Positions 53,959 to 64,000 of a DNA stretch of 64,000 nucleotides are shown in pieces. Position 1 is the first letter of the stretch; every line of letters begins with the position of its first letter. Origin of the DNA: the human T2T-CHM13v2.0 reference genome, Homo sapiens; NCBI RefSeq assembly GCF_009914755.1, contig NC_060937.1; one strand, written 5' to 3'. The position numbers and the translations under genes are program-made. The notes under the pieces were generated by a model, which was given only the letters and a program-made list of their open reading frames with translations, searched no databases and was not told where the DNA came from.

Positions 53959-55804
53959 CAGTAAAAAGATTTATGACTTCTGTTCCACAATCCCAGACTG
54001 CGCACTTAATACTGCGAGGCAGGTGCCACGTTCAGATCTAGTACCACGAAGGTAAACAAGACCGGTTCCTGACCTCGAGGGACTCAAGGGGACAGTTTTG
54101 CTTTCATGAGTTTCATGTTGGACACAGGTGCACAGAGGTCACTATGGAATGCAGGACAGACTGGGCTGAGGTTTGCCTTGCACTTTGAAGAAGCATTTCC
54201 AGAGCAGGTTCAGAATGCAGTCAGTGACGGAAGGGGCGACTTAGTCTACAGTGTTTGTATTGATGGAGACAGCCGCTGAACTATCCTGAGATGCTCCCTT
54301 AAGCCTCTGCATGTTGATAAGAACTCGTCCAAGGCAGCCAAGGCCAATGCTGTGTCTCTTAAGTGGCTTTAAATGTCACAGATAGGATGTGATGAAGAGC
54401 TAGAATAGAGGCGCTATTAATAGAGAATGTGTCCTCGCATCAGTAGCTCAGATCATGCGGTTCCAAATAGATAGTTTTTTTTAAAGAAAGGATTCCAGCC
54501 TACACAGTCTCCTACTTACCAGGGTCTCAGGAATTGGGATGTGGAGACAAATGACTTACGCCCCCCACAAGCTGTGCTTCACAGAGGGGGACACCCCACT
54601 TCCCGGATCAGGCCCGTCCTCACCCCACTGGGCTGCCTTTCACATCCTCCCTAACCTCTGCATTTCACTGGACAAAGCACATCAAAATGTGACATTTCTT
54701 CCCAATAGTAACAGAAATTTGGCTTTGGAATTAATGTCACCATTATATCTCTTTTTTTACGTATCCATTTTTTAACACAAACATTTTATAAACTGATTTT
54801 TGAATGCTTATCAGTTCTCTTATAATTTTACAGTTATTATTGTTAGAATTTCAAAATAGTGAAAGCTTCGCTGCATATATACATAATTTAGGCTGACAGA
54901 TTTGCAAACATTATGTCAAATATTGATGATAGGAAAACTGTAGCTAAGTAATTCTATTGATTCTATACATGAGGATGTTTTGTATCTGGAAAACATAATT
55001 GTGGAAACACAAAAATGTCTCTTCATATAATGATAAATATTAGACTGTCACCTTTTTTAAAGAAAAATAAATATTTAGGTGCTTTTATATTGAAGATGAT
55101 CAACATGAAAAATCAGCATGATGGCAAAAAATGTGGGATATCTGCTGATTGTAAAAAGACATAGAACATCCATACTAAGGGGGCCATGGAAAATAAAGGG
55201 AAGTTACTACAATACAAGACATACAAGTTACAGCTGGGTCAGGGGCTCAGTCATGACTCACTTTAAGGTTCATCTGCACACCTGTTGGGTATAAACCACA
55301 GCTTTCACTGTTGGTTGACTACAGATTCAACATCAACACTGTTGCCCTTTTATTTCAAAGACTGAGGGGTAAATGGGCTTGAAGTGACACTTTATGGGTC
55401 TGGGCCACCTCCCAGGTCTCAGAGGCTCCCTCCACCGTCCCTCCCAGGCCCCAAGGCCCACTAGGCTGCTCCCAGCACTGCCCATAGTAGACAGAGTCCC
55501 CACGGCCCCCCAGGGCTGTAGGCTGTCTTCACTGTCCTTCTCTCAGTGGGCTCTCCACAGCTTCAGTCCTTTACCCTGCAGGGAGAATAAAAATAGTCTG
55601 ATGAACAAATCCAGTCTCATAACAATGATATAGTTGCTTCAATAAATGTATCTTCCCAAGTACAATCTGCATTAATTCTTCCTAGCTCTCAGGACAAGAT
55701 TAAATATCATTTATATTAAATATATTGTATAATATGTTCTATATTATTATATATGATATTAAATGTAACAGAAGAATGGCAACAACAACAACTATCTATT
55801 AAGC

Positions 55805-55978
55805 CAGTGGTTCCTAAATACGTACAGTTCAGAATCACTTGGTGTCTTTTAAAAGCTCTAAGGGTCAAACTGTAGGCTAGACCAATTACATCATAATCAT
55901 GGGAGTAGTCTGAGACACCTTCCCTAGCATTTTCCGAAGGTCCTCAGATGATGCGTGCAGATGAGCCTGGGAACCAAG
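55805..55978. mobile_element. MER5-type MITE
   Basis: cagtggttcctaaa...agaatcacttgg...agaccaattacatca...ctgggaacca. Confidence 0.6.
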
Positions 55979-56234
55979 GCAGGAAGCATTTACCCCAGGA
56001 CCTTGGCGAGGTGTTACCTATACGCTTCCATTTGACTGGGGGTTTTGGTCAAGGTCACTGGGATGGTCAGAGATGACTTGGCCAGCCTGACTCCAAAGCC
56101 ACACTCTCTGCTGTACTTGGGAGTAACACATGCTTAATGCAAAAGGTGGATTTGGCTGAGACCACTTCAAGGCAATCCAATGAATGGATGTTTCAGAAAG
56201 AGGTTTGCTTTCTGGCCTGTCTCAACAATTTATA

Positions 56235-56620
56235 GTTCTTTCAACAAGGTTTATTGAGAATTTATTGTGTGTCAGGTCTGACCCTGGAGAGACAATGATG
56301 AAGAAGACAGGATCACTTCTCTCCAGCAGCTCATAGTTTACTAAGGAAGATAAAAATAATTAGAAAACAGCGTGCTTTGTGCTGTGTGCTGAGGTCCTGA
56401 GAGACATCCTTTATGGTTGTGCAGAAGGCTGAATAGAAAGGCAGAGGCTTTGCACGGCAAGGAGGATGAAGAGATGGGGGAGTCCAGGCAGCAGAAATAG
56501 AACATATGTGAGGCTCTGTCCCCAGGCTCTGAAGATCGGAGTAATTCTCTGCAAAAGGAGTTGGGACCTCAGTCATGATTAGGCAAGGACTAGAAACTTC
56601 CACAAGGGCAAGAATGCAAA
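56235..56620 (-). mobile_element. L2 fragment
   Basis: ttcaacaaggtttattgagaatttattgtgtgtcagg...ctggagagacaatgatgaagaagacag...ctccagcagctcatagtttac. Confidence 0.65.
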
Positions 56621-56944
56621 GGGCTTCATCCAAGGGGAAACTGGGAGACATGAACTATTTTATGTTGTTTTACCTCTATGCAGAGCAACACTTCACTCAA
56701 TGAGTTTTTACAAAGAAAACTTACAACGCGGGGCCTCTGTTGGTGAATGGAGTCAAGGTGGAAGATGATGGAGGCAGGGAATGCTGAAGACCATGAATGC
56801 TAAGGGCCATGAACACTGAAGACAGACAGTGAATGCTGAGGATGGTGAATTGATTTCTTCTTATTCCTGATATGAGAGCAGCCCCGCTGCTGGTGACAGC
56901 CATGGAAGATGCGAGTGTCACAGATCAGCGTGCAGTCTGTCAAA

Positions 56945-57150
56945 GTAGCTCATGCATCTAATCTAATCCTCCCAACAACCCTATAAGCTAGGTATTATTA
57001 TTATTATTATTGGCGTCCCTATTTTACAGATGAGGAAACTGAGGCACACACTGGCTTTTCATGACTGCACAGCTAGCAAGAGGCAGTGGGATTTACGGTT
57101 ATGCGCCTGATTCCAGAGTTTGTGCTCCTAATCTTTACATTTATGCACTC
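56945..57150 (-). mobile_element. MIR
   Basis: taatcctcccaacaaccctataagctaggtattatt...ccctattttacagatgaggaaactgaggcac (MIR core). Confidence 0.88.
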
Positions 57151-58305
57151 TCTTGCTTTGGTCTGGAATGTGCTGCTTAAGCAGACAATACTATGAAGAT
57201 TTTAATGGCCTTTTAAAGAGAAGCCAGATCTTCCTTCTCACTTTTTTAGTTCTTTCCTTAATTATTCCCACAACATATATATACGTTCTATCATCTCTGC
57301 TTAACAAGAGCTGGAAAGAATTTAATTCTCTGCACGGTAAAAATGACATCAGTTCTGAGGTTTTAACATCTATAGAGTACCCAAAATTGCTGAAAAAAGT
57401 TTAATTCACTTCCCACTTAGTTCCTTTCAAAGATGAAAGATTTCTTGTATCATTTCCTCAGAATTACATGATTTCACAGAAACCTCAAGGTTTTCTTTCC
57501 TTTAAATAAATTCAGACTTGATTATAACAATCTAAGTGCACAGTGGGGAATAAATAATATATTCTTTCTGACGAGAAGATAAGCTTTTCCTAGAAACATT
57601 TGAATTAAGATAGATTTTCAATTCCTATTTTCAAGAATTTTTAAAGAACTGACTTGTAAACATAAAAATTTATTTTTTTGTTTTTTGTACAATTTGATTC
57701 CTAGCTAAGAAGCGAGAACTCAAAGTTCTCGTGTTTACTACTTCTTTAACTAATTGTGTAACTTTAAGTAACCTCCTCCACATTAATTTAATGTTGAACA
57801 TTAAATCTCAGCTTCTACTTTGCTCATCTGTGAGTTATAACAGATGATCTCTAAGACCTCTTAGATGCTTTGAGTACATCTTTCTGTTCACAGACAAAAC
57901 CTGTTGATATCAACAAAAATAAAGGAACACATCAAAAAATTGCTTTTTCCCCCAACTTTAGTTTTTTATGCTGGGCTTAGGATAAATTGCATACTATCAA
58001 TAGGTAGCATGGTTCATGATTAAAACTAAAAAGATAAAATATGTTAAGAAAACAGTTCTTTTAAAAGTAGGTGGTTGCTCACGATCTCTGCCTAAAAGCT
58101 CTTTGATCTGATAAACAACTTCAGCAAAGCTTCAGGATACAAAACCAATGTACAAAAATCAGCAGCACTCCTATACACCAACAACAGCCAAGTTGAGAGC
58201 TATACAAAAATTCAATTCCATTCACAGTAGCCTTAAAAAGAAAGAACATCTAAAAACACAGCTAACCAGGGAGGTGAAAGATCTCTAAAATGAGAATTAA
58301 AAAAC

Positions 58306-58722
<417 letters not shown>

Positions 58723-59161
58723 TTATAGATTCAATGTTATTCCTATCAAACTACCAATAACATTTTTCACAGAATTAGAAAAAGCTGTTTTAAAATCTAT
58801 ATGGAATCAAAAAAGGGCCTGAATAGCCAAGAAAATCCTAAGCAAAAAGAACAAAGCTGGAGGCATCACATTACCAGACTTCAAACTATACTACAAGACT
58901 ACAGTAACCAAAACAGCATGGTGCTGGCACAAAAACAGACACGTAGGCCAATGGAACAGAATAGAAAGCCCAGAAACAAGGCCACACACCTATAATCATC
59001 TGATCTTTGACAAAGTCAACAAAAACAAGCAGAAGGGAAAAGACTCCCTATTCAATAAATGATGTTGGGATAACTGGCTAGCCATATGCAGAAGATTGAA
59101 GCTGGGCCCCTTCCTTACATCATATACAAAAATCAACTCAAATGGATTAAAGACTTAAATG

Positions 59162-59446
<285 letters not shown>

Positions 59447-60896
59447 CTATAAAAACCCTGGAAGACCACCTAGGCAATATCATTCTGGACATAAGACCAG
59501 GCAAATATTTCATGACAAAGACACCAAAAGCAATTGCAACAAAAACAAAAATTGATAAGTGGCACCTAAATAAATAGCTTCTGCATAGCAAAAGAAACCA
59601 TCAACAGAGTAAACAGACAAACTACAGATTAGGAAAATTTACTGGCAAACTATGCAACCAACAAAAGTCTAATATTCAGAATCTATAAAAAACTTAAACA
59701 AATTTACAAGCAAAAAACAACCCCATTAAAAAGTGAACCAAGTTCATGAACAGACACTTTTCAAAAGAAGACATACGTGTGGCCAACAACCATATGAAAA
59801 TATGCACATCACCAATCATTAGAGAAATGCAAATTAAAACCTCAGTGAGATACTATCTCACATTAGTCAGAGTGGCCATTATTAAAAAGTCAAAAAGTAA
59901 AAGATGTTGGTGAGGTTGCAAAGTAAAAGCCTGCTTATACACTGCTGGTGGGAAAGTAAATTATTTCAGCCATTGTGGAAAGCAGTTTGGTGATTTCCAA
60001 AAGAACTTAGAATTATCATTTGACTAAACAATCTCATTATTGGATATATAGCCAAAGGAATATAAATTGTTCTACCATAAAAACATATGCATGTGAATGT
60101 TCATTGCAGCACTATTCACAATAGCAAAGACATGGAATCAACCTAAATGTCCATCAACAATAGATTGGATAAAGAAAATATGGTACATATACACCATGGA
60201 ATACTACACAGTCATAAAAAAGAATGAGATCATGTCCTTTGCAGATACATGGATGGATCTGGAGGCCATTATCCTAAGTGAACTAACACAGGGACAGAAA
60301 ACCAAATACTTCAAATTCTTACTTATAAGTGGGAGCCAAATGATGAGAACTCATGAACACAAAGAAAGGAACAGCAGACACCAGGGCCTACTTCAGGGTA
60401 GAGGGTAGGAGGAGGGTGAGGATCAAAAAACTACCTATTGAGTACTAGGCTTAGTACCTGGGTGATGAGGTAATCTGTACACCAAACCTCCACAACACGC
60501 AATTTTCCTGTATAACAAACCTGCACATAGATCCCTGAACCTAAAGTAAAAGTTTAAAAAAAAGAAGTAGTCGGTTGCTTCTGTCATGTAGTTTGAAAGC
60601 ACCAGAAAGATATCCCTTACAAAACCCTTCTTCCCAAACTGGAACCACTGTGAGAAGTATCATTGCTCTTTGGCAGGATGACACGGTCAACTAATTCACA
60701 CAACTGTGTCAATGAATTTCCAAATACATAATTCCCGATGGGAGAGGACGTGACATACAGAAGTCCTCATCCAATGAAGTGTGCCAAAACCATGGGGCTA
60801 AAGCAGATCAAAAGCACTGTTAGAAGTTTTTTGGTTTTCTTGGAACCATGATTCCACAGCCAGAAAAGCCAAGATCTGGACATGTTTAATCTCATT

Positions 60897-61518
60897 TGTA
60901 GACCCAGAAAATCTGAGACAGGTCTCAGTTAATTTAGAAAGTTTATTTTGCCAAGGTTGAGGAAGTGACCCCATGACACAGCCTCAGGAAGTCCTGATGA
61001 CATGTGCCCAAGGTGGTTAGGATGCAGCTTGGTTTTATACATTTTAGGGAGGCATGAGATATCAACCAAATACATTTAAGAAATACATTGGTTTGGTCCA
61101 GAAAGGGGGGACAACTCAAAGGCGGTGTGGTGGGGTCGGGGGGCAGGTGGCGGTGGGGAGTTGCTTCCAGGCTATAGGTACATTTAAACATTTTCTGGTT
61201 GACAATTGGTTGAGTTTGTCTAAAGACCTGAGATCAACAGAAGAAAGGAATGTTTGGGTTGCAATAAAAGGTTGTGGAGATGAAAGTTTCATTATGCAGA
61301 TGAAGCTTTTAGCTAGCAGGCTTCAGAGAGAACATGATGTAAAATGTTTCTTAAAGTCTGAATTCATGTTAATGGCAGAGAGGCATAATAAGGCATGTCC
61401 GACCCCCACTTCCCATCATGGCCTGAACCAGTCTTCAGGTTAAATTTTAAGAGCCGTGGCTGATGAGGAAGTTCATTTAGATGGTTGGGGGACCTTAGAA
61501 TTTTATTTTTGGTTCACA
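60897..61518 (-). mobile_element. MER4-family ERV1 solo LTR
   Basis: tctgagacaggtctcagttaatttagaaagtttattttgccaaggttgagga...ccttagaattttatttttggttcaca; perfect 4-bp TSD catt. Confidence 0.92.
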
Positions 61519-61635
61519 CATTCAACAAAAATCTATTGAAGACCTACGCTAAGCCAAGTGCTACTCTCCAAGTTCCAGGGACTGGAAGTTGGATGATGAA
61601 GAAGACAGATGGGGTCACGTTGCCTAATGCTGCAC
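61519..61635 (-). mobile_element. L2 3' end (continues at ~63150)
   Basis: cattcaacaaaaatctattgaagacctacgctaagccaagtgct...gatgatgaagaagacag. Confidence 0.65.
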
Positions 61636-61654
61636 CCTCACTCGGGTTGCCCAT

Positions 61655-62773
61655 TGTATTAGTCAGGCAGGGTTCTCTAGAGGGACAGAACTAATAGGAT
61701 ATATATATATCATATATATATATATATATAACTAATATACATGTATATGTATATTATGTATACATATACATGTATATATACATGTATGTATGTATGTATG
61801 TATATGTATATTAGTTCTCCCATATATAGTTCTCATATATATACATATATATGTATACATGCATATACATATATATACAGTTATGTATATATATGGGAAC
61901 TATACATAGGAGAGCTAATATATACACCTAGGCTAAAGGGCAGAGCCATGGCTCCTAGGCTACAGACCTGTTCAGCGTGTGGCTGTACTGAATACTGTAG
62001 GCAACTATAACACAATGGTATTTGTGTATCTAACCATAGAAAAGGAACAATAAAAACATAATATAAAATATATATACATATGTGTATATATATATGAGAA
62101 CTATATATAGGAGAACTAATAGGAGATATATATATATCTCCTATTAGTTTATTAAGTATTATTAAGTATTGTATATATACTCCTATATATAATAGGAGAT
62201 TTTATATATAGAAAACTAATAGGAGATACACATATATATACTCCTATATATATTTATAGATATATATGTCTATATATCATAGGAGATTATATATATATAT
62301 AAAACTAATAGGATACATATATATATATATGTCCTATTAGTTTATTAAGTATTATTGTTAAGTAATGTATCTCCTATTATTTTATTAAGTTTATTAGTTT
62401 ATTAAGTATTAACTCACAGGATCACAAGGTCCCACAATAGGTCACCTGCAAGCTGAGGAGCAAGGAGAGCCAGTCTGAGTTCCAAAACTGAAGAACTTGG
62501 AGTCTGATGTTTGAGGGCAAGAAGCATCCAGCACACGAGAAAGATGTAGGCTGGGAGGCTAGGCCAGTCTAACCTTTTCACATTTTTCTGCCTGCTTCGT
62601 ATTCACTGGGAGCTGATGAGATGATGCCCTCCCAGATTAAGGGTGGGCCTGCCTTCCCCAGCCCACTGGCTCAAATGGTAATCTCCTTTGGCAACACCCT
62701 CACAGACACACCCAGGATCAATACTTTGCATCCTTCAATTCCATCAAGTTGACACTCAGTATTAACCATCACA
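61655..62773 (-). mobile_element. MLT2A1 (HERV-L) solo LTR with ~700-bp internal AT-rich expansion
   Basis: tgtattagtcagg..gggttctctagagggacagaactaatagga ... gatcacaaggtcccacaatagg...ttgacactcagtattaaccatcaca; perfect 5-bp TSD cccat (61650-61654, 62774-62778). Confidence 0.93.
61922..62067. mobile_element. Internal fragment of Tigger3/MER7 DNA transposon, no terminal inverted repeats
   Basis: acacctaggcta...gctcctaggctacagacctgt...tgtactgaatactgtaggcaactataacacaatggtatttgtgtatctaaccatagaaaagg. Confidence 0.85.
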
Positions 62774-62778
62774 CCCAT

Positions 62779-63120
62779 GCACCCCTGATGTTAGATGTGG
62801 CCATGTGACAAGTTTTGGGAAGGAACTGTGAGTAGCTATAAGCTGTGTCCATTCTAAGGAAATGGATTTAAGGTCTGGAGCAGAGTTCTCCATTTGGTGT
62901 CTTCTACTGCCGTGCCAGTGGGTTTCGGGTGGTGCAGGAGAAGATGCTGGTGTATCCCTCTGCCTGGGTTGCTGCATCAAAGTCTGCAGGACAGTGGCTC
63001 TAAAGAGCCACCCAGATTCACAGAGGATTTTTCCTGAGTAAAATAAGCACCTGTGGCATCTAGCACAGAGATTCTCAGGTGATATGTAACTGCAGCATTA
63101 CCCAGACTGTAGGGCTGAAA
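62779..63120 (+). mobile_element. Old MLT1 (MLT1I/J/K-like) LTR
   Basis: gttagatgtggccatgtgacaagttttgg...ctgcctgggt...gagattctcaggtgatatgtaactgcagcattacccag. Confidence 0.6.
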
Positions 63121-63149
63121 CCCCAGATGAAGTCCTGCCACACAAGGTC

Positions 63150-64000
63150 TACCTCCTAGTGTGAGACAGACAATACAATGTCGATGAGACATGATGTCAT
63201 ATTATGAAGAAATAAGTGCCTTAGACAGTGGAGGGAGGTGGCGGGCCAGGGACACTGAGTGGGCTGTTTAGATACGATGTTGAGGGGGAGTTTTTATTCA
63301 GTAGATGAGATATCTAAAAAACAAACAACAAAGAAGGTGCTTCATGAGAATAAAAAGCATTCCAGGGAGAAGAGCTAGTGAAAGTTCTCTGCATCTGGAT
63401 GAGCTTGGCCGACGTGAGGGACAGAGGAAGGTGCAGGGTAGAACGAGGTGAGCCTGGGGCACTGTGAGATGAGGCAGGGACAAGGCAGCAGGACGTCGCT
63501 TGGGTGATGGTTGGAATTTTCATGGGGTTCTAAGTACAATGAAAAACCAGGGAGAGGTCTGTGCAGGGCACTGGCCCATCTCAGTTGTAGAGCTCTGGCT
63601 GTGGTGTGGAATATAGAGTTCAGGGACCAAGAGTGTGAAGAAGGGGCCCCCAAGAGATCCGTGTGGATGTCCGCAGTGTTGGGAATCAGGAGAGCAGTAG
63701 TAGGAATTGCGGGAAGTGTTCAAATTCAGATAGTATTTTGGAATTAAAGCCTTACCGATGACTTAGGTGCGGGGTGAGAGGGAAAAAGAGAAACTAATAT
63801 TGACTTGCAGTGTTTTGACCTAAGCAACTTGGTGAATGGAACTGGTATTTATTAAAATGGGAAAGATCCAGATTGAAACAGGTTTTGGGGTTAGGGCTGG
63901 GGGAAAAGAAATCAAGAATTCTCCCTGAAATACATGCATGTCTATTTTAAGATATACATGTAGAATATCAATTGAACAGGTATTTGCATATATAGTTCTG
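63150..64000 (-). mobile_element. L2 (L2a-like) fragment
   Basis: aaagcattccagggagaagag...gttttgacctaagcaacttggtgaatggaactggtatttattaaaatggg...aatcaagaattctc. Confidence 0.75.

Noticed and set aside
60097-60408. 103-aa ORF MFIAALFTIAKTWNQPKCPS
   Set aside because: C-terminal remnant of L1 ORF2 in a truncated, disrupted element.
61688-62410. Repeat-spacer-like pattern of aactaatagga units (CRISPR-like look)
   Set aside because: Units occur in both orientations, the spacers are (TA)n, the context is a primate LTR and there are no cas genes.

Overview
Primate (human-like) non-coding genomic DNA, intergenic or deep intronic. No protein-coding exon, tRNA, rRNA or CRISPR array can be supported; the ORF track is repeat-derived or random. 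Much of the window is recognisable transposable elements: L1s of several ages, 11 Alus, MIR and L2 relics, MaLR/ERVL/ERV1 solo LTRs, and MER5 and Tigger DNA-transposon pieces. It also has microsatellites and two CpG-enriched unique segments (~40.2-40.6 kb and ~51.3-51.8 kb). I found no convincing new gene system. The most unusual signals are structural: (1) an LTR8 U3-R fragment ending in poly(A) with L1-type target-site duplications (TSDs), i.e. an L1-retroposed LTR transcript; (2) an internal Tigger3 fragment with no terminal inverted repeats (TIRs), captured inside a palindromic AT-rich expansion of an MLT2A1 LTR; (3) an AluY-L1PA composite sitting as one block in an old L1; (4) a twin-primed inverted L1 missing its RT domain; (5) several fold-back or templated-insertion scars. 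Family and subfamily names come from my recall of consensus sequences and need RepeatMasker/Dfam confirmation. Boundaries of old repeats are approximate.
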